Assembly: GCA_035524075.1 (NCBI GenBank)
Contig: DATKPP010000069.1
Location: 3,414 to 67,413 of the forward strand
Source of the DNA: Steroidobacteraceae bacterium
Lineage (GTDB): Bacteria > Pseudomonadota > Gammaproteobacteria > Steroidobacterales > Steroidobacteraceae
DNA: 64,000 nucleotides
Direction: 5' to 3'
Each line of letters starts with the position of its first letter. Position 1 is the first letter of the stretch. Below the pieces are notes generated by a model. The model saw only the letters and a list, made by a program, of their open reading frames with translations. It had not been told where the DNA came from and did no database searches. This document shows, piece by piece, positions 53,589-62,146 of this stretch. The position numbers and the translations under genes were made by a program.

Positions 53589-54818
53589 CTACGTCGGTGC
53601 CACGTCGGTCATTCGGTCCACCGTTCGAAGCTGCGGAAACATCCGCATCCACAGCGCGACGACCGCCAGCGTGCCGATACCGCCCAGAATCACGGCGGGC
53701 ACGGTGCCGAACCACTGCGCGGTAAGGCCGGATTCGAACTCGCCGAGCTCGTTCGAGCTGTTGATGAAGAGCGCGCTCACCGCGCTCACGCGCCCCCGCA
53801 TCGAGTCGGGGCTTGCAAACTGCACCAGCGCCGTGCGGATGAAAACGCTGATCTGATCGGCTGCTCCGAGCACCACGAGCGCTGCCAGCGAGAACCGGAA
53901 GCTGGTCGACACGCCAAATGCGATCGTGGCGACACCGAACACCGCCACGGCCGCGAACATGGCCGAGCCGACCCTGCGCTGCAGAGGGCGATGGGTGAGA
54001 CACAAAGCGACACACGCTGCGCCCACCGCGGGTGCGCTGCGCAGCATGCCAAGTCCACCCGGTCCGACGTGGAGAATGTCGCGCGCATAGATCGGAAAAA
54101 GCGCCATGGGGCCGCCGAACAGCACCGCGAACAGATCGAGCGAGATCGCCCCCAGCATGACCTTGCGCGAGCGAACGAAGCGCACGCCTTCCTTCACGCG
54201 CTCGAGGGGATGAGCGAGCGCAGCCGGCCTGTCCACCCGCCGGCCCTGGAGCAATGTCATGCAGACAGCCGCCGCCAGAAAGGCCAGGAGGCTCGCACCA
54301 TAGGCAAACGCCGGTCCGAGTGCGTAAAGGAATCCTCCGATCGCAGGTCCAGCAATCACGACGACCTGTGAGACCGAGGATGACCAGGCGATCGCCTTGG
54401 GCAAACGCTCGGGGGGCACCAGAAAGGGCACGAGCGAGCGCTGCGCAGGGCCCGCCAGCCCGCGCGCGCACCCGAAGAGCACGAGCACGCCGTACACGGC
54501 CCAGATGTGGTGCGCCGGACCCACGGCGAATCCGAGCAGCATCGCGCTCGAGGCCGCCTCGATCGTCAACGTGAGCGCGAGAATGCGGCGCGTATCGAAT
54601 CGATCCGCCAGCTCCCCGGCAGGAAGCGTGAGCAGGAACATCGGCAGGAACTCGGCGAGCCCGACCATGCCCAGGGCGAGCGGCGTGCGCGTGAGATCGT
54701 ACACCTGCCACCCGACGGCGACCGACTGCACCAGCGACGCAACATTCGAAAGCGCGCGCGTGAAGAGATACAGCGGTAGGTCGCGGCCGCGATAGATCGG
54801 CCGTGGCTGGGTATTCAT
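53589..54818 (-). CDS. MFS transporter (EntS/MFS_3-like)
   Basis: ATG 54818. FTRALSNVASLVQSVAVGWQVYDLT...LPAGELADRFDRRRI-like motif. About 12 TM segments. Its stop abuts the dioxygenase stop. Confidence 0.75.
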   Translation of the reverse strand: MNTQPRPIYRGRDLPLYLFTRALSNVASLVQSVAVGWQVYDLTRTPLALGMVGLAEFLPMFLLTLPAGELADRFDTRRILALTLTIEAASSAMLLGFAVGPAHHIWAVYGVLVLFGCARGLAGPAQRSLVPFLVPPERLPKAIAWSSSVSQVVVIAGPAIGGFLYALGPAFAYGASLLAFLAAAVCMTLLQGRRVDRPAALAHPLERVKEGVRFVRSRKVMLGAISLDLFAVLFGGPMALFPIYARDILHVGPGGLGMLRSAPAVGAACVALCLTHRPLQRRVGSAMFAAVAVFGVATIAFGVSTSFRFSLAALVVLGAADQISVFIRTALVQFASPDSMRGRVSAVSALFINSSNELGEFESGLTAQWFGTVPAVILGGIGTLAVVALWMRMFPQLRTVDRMTDVAPT

Positions 54819-54856
54819 GGCTCTCGGGCGGGAGCTTACCAGCCCGATGCCACCCC

Positions 54857-57541
54857 TCATGAGCCCGTGGCTGCTCCGGCCGCACTCTGCGCACTCTGCG
54901 GAGCGGACACAGCATGTGAAGCAGTGCCCCCCTGCGGGGTGGGCGCATCGTGCGGGGTGGGCGCATCGTGCGGAGTGGGCAAGCTGCGGGGGGCCGGCGG
55001 CCCCTGCGGCTCGGAGTCCTCGTCCGAGCCTGCGCTCGGACCGATCGTGGGAGCCGCGAGCTGCGCTGCGGCGTGGCGCACCGCGGCGCGACCCGCCTCC
55101 TCGGCGGAGGGAGGCAGCTGCTCGACCCCGAGCGCTGCGAAGTTGATGACGGAAGGATCATCTCGCAGCTTCACGTAGAGCTGCCCATCGGTGGGATGCG
55201 GTACCGGCAAAGCGTAACCGGGGAAGCCGTCCGGGACCTCGATCGGATGGTGGAACTTCGGGTCCGTCGAGACGGCATCGACCAGGAACAGGTTCGATCC
55301 GGAGAGCTTGCATGCGAGCTCCGGGGTTGCCGGGCATTTGAGCTCCTTCAGCAGCGGCAGCCGCACCAGGGTGGCCAGCGGCTGCCAGTCGCCGACCACA
55401 CCACCGGCAGCGACGCGGAACTTCAGGGGCCCGAACGCGGAGGGCCCGAAGGCTTTGGCCGGATCGAGCGTCGCCACGGCGACGCTGGCATCCTCGAGCG
55501 TGATTCCACCATTGCCCAGGCTCAGCGTGGTGGAGAAGGAGTCGTCCGCGGTCGCCACGTCGATCTGCTCATCGTGCGCGAAGAACGCTGGGGATTTGGC
55601 GCGCAGCGAGAAGGTCAGCTTCGCCGCCTGGGGCAGCTCGTCCGGATTGGCGAGCTCGATATTGCTATCGCTCGCCACCGCCGTGAGCACGCTCTTGCCG
55701 ATGAGAGCGACGCTGGGCCGCGGGGGAGCAATCGTCGTGGCGAGCGCGAACGTGCGACCATCTTTGAGAGTGACCCGCGCCTGAAGACTCGCGCCCTCCT
55801 TGAGCGAGCCGGCTGCTTTGGGATCCCGTGCGACCATCGCCAGCTCATCTGTCGCAAGCGTGGTGGACAACTTAGCCGGCGCGAAATCCACCGACTGGAT
55901 GCTGAGACTTGCCACCTCATCGAGACGGCTGCCCTTGAGCAGCCCCTCGGTATCACCGGTGTGGATCGTGAAGCTATCCAGGTGGCCCGCCTCGGAGAAT
56001 GCATGCAGGGCAACGGACTGCGGTTGGCTTGCGCCGAACTGCCTCACCAGCAGCGTGATGGGGCCGGGCTGCACCTCCTTCAGCGGCAGACTCAACTCGG
56101 CCTCCGTGGGCTTCAGACGCTTCCACTGCAGCTTGAGATCCTTGCCGCCCGGGTCCCGGAGCATGATGCTATCCACGCAGCTCATGCTGGCGGCACGCAG
56201 GTGCACCGTATCGTCTCGGCCGACGATCAAGGCCCCCTCGTTCGGGGATTCCAGCTCCCACTTCTCGGTGCGCGCATTGGTCAGCTGAAACTCGGGTCCC
56301 TCGTAGGACTGAAAGCCCCAGCGACCGCGCAGTGCCGCGTGGATGGTCTCCCCGAGTGATGCGACTCCGGCGCCCGAGGTATCCACCACGAAGCCGCCTT
56401 GCTCGGGGTCTGCCTTCGCCGGCAGCTCGAGTGTCTGGCCGCCGGGTGCGCTCAGGCGCAGCCGCATGTCGTGAGCGTAGTCGGTCGAGAACACGAGCGG
56501 TGCGCCCTCGACCGGCAGCACCAGAGAGTTCTTGCGCGCGCAGAAGATCTCCTTGGGATCCACGGCGTGCAGCGGCGGCAGCTGCGGCGCCTCGACCGCC
56601 GGCAAAGCGGCCACCAGCACGGACATCGGGCTGTGAAACGAAGGCGGTGTGTTGAGCGTCAAGCTCACATCGTCTGCGTGCTGCGAGGCAAGCGCTGGGA
56701 TGTATTGATACTGTGCGACGTCGAAGGACCCCAGGATGCGCGCGATGTCGAGCACCGAGGCGATGTAGGGGCTGTAGTAGCCGTAGCTCAGCTGCGGTGT
56801 ATAGCTCGCCTCCATCGCAAGGTCGGCCGTCGGACCGGAGGTGAGTGCCTCGACGATCGAGGTGCTGTGACCGTCATCGAGGATCAGCGAATCCTGGTTC
56901 TCCATCAAACAGGCCGCCTGCAGGGCGGGGATGCGGTCCAGGCACTTGCCGTTCACCTGGATCGCAAGACTGCGGCCCAGAAGCGGGGCGACCTCCTTCA
57001 GGCGCGTGGGATCGGAATCGTCGAGGGCACGGATGGCAGCCAGATACACATCGAGCCGCGACCGATCCAGGCTCGCCTGATTGAGATCCTGCGAGGCACG
57101 CACGAATGCGCCCGGCCGGCCGCGCACCGCGCCGACGAGCGTTCTGAAGTCCCCGCCTGTCTTGGGCGCGAGAAATACGAGGACCTGCTGCGCACCCGGC
57201 GGCACCGTGACCGTCATGCCCTTGCTCGCACACGGACCCGTCCAGGTATCGCAGCGATAGAACGAGCGCGGCGGAGGCGGATTGGTCGAGCCGCGCAGAA
57301 ACGCCGCCACCAGGATGTAGCGTGTCGTTTGCGTCGCCGGCAGATCAGCCTTGATCCAGATGCGATCGCCGCTGGTGAGATTCGGCACCTCGGAGATCGG
57401 CAGGGTCTCGTCCCCGTGGGTGACCTTGACCTCCAGGGTAGGGCCCGTCAGGTCGAACGGGCCCCCGCCCGCGTGCACCGGCCCGGCAAGGAGCAGTGCG
57501 AGCGCAGCGGCAAAACGCAAAGAACGGTGATGCGAAACCAT
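54857..57541 (-). CDS. Large secreted protein of unknown function (894 aa)
   Basis: ATG 57541. Signal MVSHHRSLRFAAALALLLAGPVHA. No motif I recognise. C-terminal low-complexity tail with PTPHDA repeats. Confidence 0.6.
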   Translation of the reverse strand: MVSHHRSLRFAAALALLLAGPVHAGGGPFDLTGPTLEVKVTHGDETLPISEVPNLTSGDRIWIKADLPATQTTRYILVAAFLRGSTNPPPPRSFYRCDTWTGPCASKGMTVTVPPGAQQVLVFLAPKTGGDFRTLVGAVRGRPGAFVRASQDLNQASLDRSRLDVYLAAIRALDDSDPTRLKEVAPLLGRSLAIQVNGKCLDRIPALQAACLMENQDSLILDDGHSTSIVEALTSGPTADLAMEASYTPQLSYGYYSPYIASVLDIARILGSFDVAQYQYIPALASQHADDVSLTLNTPPSFHSPMSVLVAALPAVEAPQLPPLHAVDPKEIFCARKNSLVLPVEGAPLVFSTDYAHDMRLRLSAPGGQTLELPAKADPEQGGFVVDTSGAGVASLGETIHAALRGRWGFQSYEGPEFQLTNARTEKWELESPNEGALIVGRDDTVHLRAASMSCVDSIMLRDPGGKDLKLQWKRLKPTEAELSLPLKEVQPGPITLLVRQFGASQPQSVALHAFSEAGHLDSFTIHTGDTEGLLKGSRLDEVASLSIQSVDFAPAKLSTTLATDELAMVARDPKAAGSLKEGASLQARVTLKDGRTFALATTIAPPRPSVALIGKSVLTAVASDSNIELANPDELPQAAKLTFSLRAKSPAFFAHDEQIDVATADDSFSTTLSLGNGGITLEDASVAVATLDPAKAFGPSAFGPLKFRVAAGGVVGDWQPLATLVRLPLLKELKCPATPELACKLSGSNLFLVDAVSTDPKFHHPIEVPDGFPGYALPVPHPTDGQLYVKLRDDPSVINFAALGVEQLPPSAEEAGRAAVRHAAAQLAAPTIGPSAGSDEDSEPQGPPAPRSLPTPHDAPTPHDAPTPQGGTASHAVSAPQSAQSAAGAATGS
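54933..54980. repeat. 18-nt tandem repeat, about 2.7 copies, in the 3' end of CDS 54857..57541
   Basis: tgcggggtgggcgcatcg x2, then tgcggagtgggc. In frame; encodes (PTPHDA)n on the minus strand. Confidence 0.85.
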
Positions 57542-57847
57542 GGCGATGCTTGCCCCCCTGGCGCGTCGAAGGTTCGATGCCGAGGACGCGGAATGAGTTC
57601 CCCGCGTCGCGACCGGCGAGCGCACTCCTTGAGCGCCCGCTGCGTCTGCGATCCCGTTGCGCGCCCAAGTTATGGATTCGGATGGGATTCGTCAACCCCG
57701 ATGGCCCGCAATTGGTTTAGAATGCCCGCCCCTGGTCGGCGGCCCGGACGATCGCATCGCCGAGCCTCGCACCCCCGGCCCCCGGAGCCTCGAGGCTGCA
57801 TTGCAACCCTCGATGGGTCCGGCGTCTCCAACGAAAGGATCATAAGA

Positions 57848-60800
57848 ATGGGTGTCTGCAGCATGTATCGATCGAGTCTCATCGGCACGGCGCTGGGTGC
57901 GCTTGTGCACTTGAGTGCAGCCTCGGCAGCCCAGCACGCCCTGATGCGATTTCCGACGCTGTATGGCGACAGTCTCGCCTTCGAGGCGCACGGTAACCTG
58001 TGGGCCGTGCCACGCACGGGTGGCCTCGCGCGGCGCCTCACCTCCGAGCCCGGCTATGATTTGATGCCGCGCTTCTCGCCCGATGGACGCTGGCTTGCGT
58101 TCACGGCGAGCTATCAGGGCAATCAAGACGTCTACGTCATGCCGGCGAGCGGCGGGGAGGCGCGGCGTCTGACGTTCCATTCCGACGTTGTCGATCGCGC
58201 TCCCGAGCGGTGGGGACCGGACAACATGGTCGTCACGTGGACCCCCGACTCCAGGAACGTCGTGTTCCTCTCGCGTCGCATGGCGCGGCATGCGAGCGAG
58301 CCGCAGCTCTACGAGGTCGCAGTGAGCGGCGGCCTTCCGAGGCCTCTGCCGCTCGACAGCGGCGGCCTGGCCACCTACAGCCCCGACGGCCAGTCGATCA
58401 CCTACAACCGCATCTTCCGTAACTTCCGGACCTGGAAGCGCTACGACGGCGGCATGGCCCAGGACGTCTACACGTACAACTTCGGCACACGTACGCTCGA
58501 GCGCATCACGCGCTGGAAGGGCACCGATACGGCCCCGATGTGGTTCGGCCGCAAGATCTATTTTCTTTCCGACCGCGATGCAGCGCGACGCGAGAACATC
58601 TGGGTCTACGATCTCGACAGCAAGCAGTTCACGGAAGTCACTCACTTCAGGGACTTCGATATCGACTTTCCGAGCCTGAGCGCCGAGCAGGAGCACGCTC
58701 CCGGGATCACCTTCCAGCAAGGCGGCTTCCTGTGGGTGCTCGATCTGCCCACCGAGCAGCTGCACAAGCTCGAAGTGAGCGTGCCCGACGACGGAGTACG
58801 CACGGGGACTCGCTTCGTCGAGGCCAGCAAGTACATCCGCGAGCGCGACAGCGCTCAGCAAACCGACTACGCGCTTGCGCCCAATGGCAAGCGAGTGCTC
58901 TTCTCGGCGCGCGGCGACATCTTCAGCCTCCCTGCAGAGCACGGCGCGACACGCGACCTCACCGCCACGAGCAATGCCGACGAGGATCATCCGAGCTGGT
59001 CACCGGATGGCAAGACGATTGCGTACACGACCGACGTTGACGGGGGGCAGCAGATCGCAACCCGACCCGCCGAGGGTGGGCCCGAGAGGATTCTCACTCA
59101 CTTTGCCACGGGCTTCTTCTACACGCCCGTGTGGTCTGCCGATGCCAAGCACCTCGCCTTCGCCGACGGCAACCATCGGCTGTGGCTGCTCGACGTCGCA
59201 AGCGGCAGGACCACACAGGTCGCGCAGGACAAGTTCACGGAGATTCACGACCAGAGCTTCTCCCCGGATGGGCGCTGGCTCGCCTACAGCATCACCCGCG
59301 ACAATCAGCAGCGGGGCATCTGGATCTACTCGCTCGAGTCTGCCAAGGCACAGGAGATCTCGCAGCCTCTTGGCAACGATTTCGGCCCGGTGTTCTCTCC
59401 CGATGGCAAGTACCTCTACTTCGTCTCCGCGCGGCACGAGAATCCGACGCTGAGCGAGGTCGAGTTCGATGCGGCGATGCTCGAGATGGACGGCATCTAC
59501 GTCACGACGCTGCGCAAGGATGCGCCTGCGCCGTTTGCGCCGCGCTCGGACGAGGGGGCCGTCGAGCCCGAGAAGCCGAAGCCCACACCCTGGAAACCGG
59601 GTGCCTCGGCGCCGGTGCAGATCGACTTCGACGGACTCATGGGTCGTGCCACACCGCTGCCCATCCCGGCCTCGGACATCGCGAGCCTCGATGCGCGAGG
59701 CGACAAGCTCATCTATCAAACAGTCGCGCCGCAGATGATCGATGGGCCCCTGCCCGGGCAGAAGCCGGCGCTGCACATCTACGATCTGGCCGACCGCAAG
59801 GACGGAGTCATCGTCGAGGATCTGAGCACCTATAGCCTCTCGGCCGATGGCTCGAAGGTGCTGTACAAGAAAGTCGGCCCGGGCGATCACTACGAGATCG
59901 TCGAGGCCAAGGCGCAAGGCGATGGGCCCCCGAAGCCCACGCCCCTCGATGTGTCGCACATGCTGATGCGAATCGAGCCGACCCAGGAGTGGGCGGAGAT
60001 GTTCAACAATGCCTGGCGGCTGGAGCGTGACCTGTTCGTCAACTCGCGGATGAACGGCGTCGACTGGCCCGCGGTCCACCACGCTTACGCCAAGCTGCTG
60101 CCGCTCGTCGGCTCGCGCGAGGATCTCAACTACCTCATCGGCGAGGTTCAGGGCGAGCTCAGCAACTCCCACACCTACGTGGGCGGCGGCGACGATGGGG
60201 ATCTGACCCCGCGCGCACCGACACCCCTCCTGGGGGTGGACTTCGCGCTCGATGGCGCCTCCGGCCGCTATCGCATCGAGCGCATCCTTCCCGGCGACAA
60301 CACGCGTCCGGACTACCGCAGTCCCCTGACCGAGCCCGGCCTCGCGGTACATCAGGGCGATTATTTGATCGCGGTGAACGGACGCGAGCTGCAGGCCCCC
60401 TCCGACCCCTATAGCCTGTTCGCCGGACTGGGTGAGCAGCCCGTCGCACTGACCGTGGCGGCGAGCGCGGGCGGCCAGCGCCACGAAGTGACGGTGGATC
60501 CCATCCCCAATGAGCTCTCCATACGCCAGCGAGCCTGGATCGACCACAACCGCGAGGTCGTTGACAAGCTCTCCGGCGGCCGCATTGCGTACGTGTATAT
60601 GGCCGACATGGAGGCACTCGGCATGGAGCAGTTCGTGCGCCAGTTCTTTCCGCAGCTCAACAAGCGCGCGCTCATCATGGATGACCGCTGGAACGGCGGC
60701 GGATTCATCGATCAGATCGTGCTCGAGCGGCTGCGGCGCATGCTGATCGGCATGGATACCAATCGCGAACGGGCGGCAACCTCGATTCCGCAGCAGCTCA

Positions 60801-61213
60801 TCGCGGGCCCCAAGGTGTGTCTGATCAATCATCTCGCCGCATCCGATGGGGACATCTTTCCCTACTACTTTCGCAAGTACGGTCTGGGACCCCTCATCGG
60901 TACGCGCACCTGGGGCGGCGTGCGAGGTATCCGCGGGGAGTGGTTCCTGCTCGATGGCGGCTACATCACCGTGCCCGAGGACGGTCTGTACGGTCTGCAC
61001 TCGGAGTGGGTGATCGAGAACCATGGTGTGGACCCGGACATGGAGGTGGAGACCGATCCCGGACAGCTGCTTGCGGGCCACGACGCGCAACTCGAGGCGG
61101 CCGTTGACTATCTGATGAAGGCGCTCGCCCGCAATCCGGGCGGCTTGCCGCCACCGCCCCCGCTGCTGCCCGCATACCCACCGGACGGACAGGTCCCGCC
61201 GCCGACGCTCTGA
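57848..61213 (+). CDS. Tricorn-protease-like S41 family peptidase (beta-propeller + PDZ + S41)
   Basis: AAGGA RBS and ATG 57848 (alternative ATG 57863). MRFPTLYGDSLAFEAHGNLWAVPRTGG...PRFSPDGRWLAFTASYQGNQDVYVM repeats. C-terminal DDRWNGGGF...INHLAASDGDIF...GTRTWGG. The first 483 codons of track ORF 56399..61213 are antisense to the neighbouring gene. Confidence 0.85.
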   Translation: MGVCSMYRSSLIGTALGALVHLSAASAAQHALMRFPTLYGDSLAFEAHGNLWAVPRTGGLARRLTSEPGYDLMPRFSPDGRWLAFTASYQGNQDVYVMPASGGEARRLTFHSDVVDRAPERWGPDNMVVTWTPDSRNVVFLSRRMARHASEPQLYEVAVSGGLPRPLPLDSGGLATYSPDGQSITYNRIFRNFRTWKRYDGGMAQDVYTYNFGTRTLERITRWKGTDTAPMWFGRKIYFLSDRDAARRENIWVYDLDSKQFTEVTHFRDFDIDFPSLSAEQEHAPGITFQQGGFLWVLDLPTEQLHKLEVSVPDDGVRTGTRFVEASKYIRERDSAQQTDYALAPNGKRVLFSARGDIFSLPAEHGATRDLTATSNADEDHPSWSPDGKTIAYTTDVDGGQQIATRPAEGGPERILTHFATGFFYTPVWSADAKHLAFADGNHRLWLLDVASGRTTQVAQDKFTEIHDQSFSPDGRWLAYSITRDNQQRGIWIYSLESAKAQEISQPLGNDFGPVFSPDGKYLYFVSARHENPTLSEVEFDAAMLEMDGIYVTTLRKDAPAPFAPRSDEGAVEPEKPKPTPWKPGASAPVQIDFDGLMGRATPLPIPASDIASLDARGDKLIYQTVAPQMIDGPLPGQKPALHIYDLADRKDGVIVEDLSTYSLSADGSKVLYKKVGPGDHYEIVEAKAQGDGPPKPTPLDVSHMLMRIEPTQEWAEMFNNAWRLERDLFVNSRMNGVDWPAVHHAYAKLLPLVGSREDLNYLIGEVQGELSNSHTYVGGGDDGDLTPRAPTPLLGVDFALDGASGRYRIERILPGDNTRPDYRSPLTEPGLAVHQGDYLIAVNGRELQAPSDPYSLFAGLGEQPVALTVAASAGGQRHEVTVDPIPNELSIRQRAWIDHNREVVDKLSGGRIAYVYMADMEALGMEQFVRQFFPQLNKRALIMDDRWNGGGFIDQIVLERLRRMLIGMDTNRERAATSIPQQLIAGPKVCLINHLAASDGDIFPYYFRKYGLGPLIGTRTWGGVRGIRGEWFLLDGGYITVPEDGLYGLHSEWVIENHGVDPDMEVETDPGQLLAGHDAQLEAAVDYLMKALARNPGGLPPPPPLLPAYPPDGQVPPPTL

Positions 61214-61254
61214 CAGGGGACTGCGAAACAACCTTGGCGCTAGAATCGCGCCCC

Positions 61255-62145
61255 ATGGGGCATCTACCCAAGCGATGTGCGAGCACGGCGTGCGTGGCTG
61301 CCGCTCTGCTTGCCGGGTGCGGTAAAGCAGTCCTCGAGCCTGCCGGCCCGGTCGCGCGGGGCGAGCGAATCATCCTGCTCGACTCACTTGCGATCATGCT
61401 CGCGGTGATCATCCCCGTGATGGTGACGATCCTGGCCTTCGGCTGGTGGTATCGTCGCTCGAATACGCGCGCGCGGTATCTGCCCACCTTCGAGTACTCG
61501 GGACGGCTCGAGCTGCTCGTGTGGTCGATCCCGGCGCTCGTCGTGATCTTCCTCGGCGGCATCGCCTGGATCGGCTCGCACGACCTGGATCCTGCGCAGC
61601 CGCTCGACTCGCCCGCGAAGCCGATCGACATCGAGGTGGTATCGCTCGACTGGAAGTGGCTCTTCATCTATCCCGAGCTCGGCGTGGCGAGCATCAACCG
61701 CCTGGTCGTTCCTGCCGGGGTTCCGCTGCACCTGCGCGTGACCTCTGCAACGGTCTTCAACGTCTTCTTCGTGCCGCAGCTCGGGAGCGAGCTGTATTGC
61801 ATGTCCGGCATGGCCGCAACCCTCAATCTCCTGGCTGACCATCCGGGCATCTATCCAGGGCTATCCGCGCAATTCAGTGGCGATGGTTTCTCGGACATGC
61901 ACTTCGACGTGCACGCCCTGAGCAGGGCGCAGTTCGAAGCCTGGGCCGCCTCGACGCGCGCGGCCGGACCCGCCCTGGACGATGCCGCCTATCGCGAGCT
62001 GCTCGTTCCGACCCAGCACGTGGCTCCTTATACCTACAGCTCGGTGCGCCCGGGACTGTTTCAGGCGATCGTGACGCAGCGGCTGCCACCGGGAGGCGGT
62101 CCGCAACACGGCCAGCCCACCCCGAACGCACGCCCGGTGACCTGA
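61255..62145 (+). CDS. cyoA: Cytochrome o (bo3) ubiquinol oxidase subunit II
   Basis: Lipobox [63 protein letters not shown]. Lacks CuA ligands, as in the quinol oxidase type. Confidence 0.9.
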   Translation: MGHLPKRCASTACVAAALLAGCGKAVLEPAGPVARGERIILLDSLAIMLAVIIPVMVTILAFGWWYRRSNTRARYLPTFEYSGRLELLVWSIPALVVIFLGGIAWIGSHDLDPAQPLDSPAKPIDIEVVSLDWKWLFIYPELGVASINRLVVPAGVPLHLRVTSATVFNVFFVPQLGSELYCMSGMAATLNLLADHPGIYPGLSAQFSGDGFSDMHFDVHALSRAQFEAWAASTRAAGPALDDAAYRELLVPTQHVAPYTYSSVRPGLFQAIVTQRLPPGGGPQHGQPTPNARPVT

Positions 62146-62146
62146 C

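Noticed and set aside
53383-55161. 592-aa minus-strand ORF, and the 38756..40099 (+) alternative frame of the MHS transporter
   Set aside because: These are alternative frames of well-supported MFS transporter genes. The Arg/Pro/Ala-rich translations lack TM segments and motifs.
56399-57847. 5' 483 codons of the 1604-aa track ORF 56399..61213
   Set aside because: Arg/Gly/Ala-rich high-GC antisense read-through opposite the 894-aa secreted protein gene. The tricorn-like protein begins with a signal peptide at 57848 or 57863.
59000-61231. 743-aa minus-strand ORF
   Set aside because: Antisense to the tricorn-like protease. High-GC artefact.
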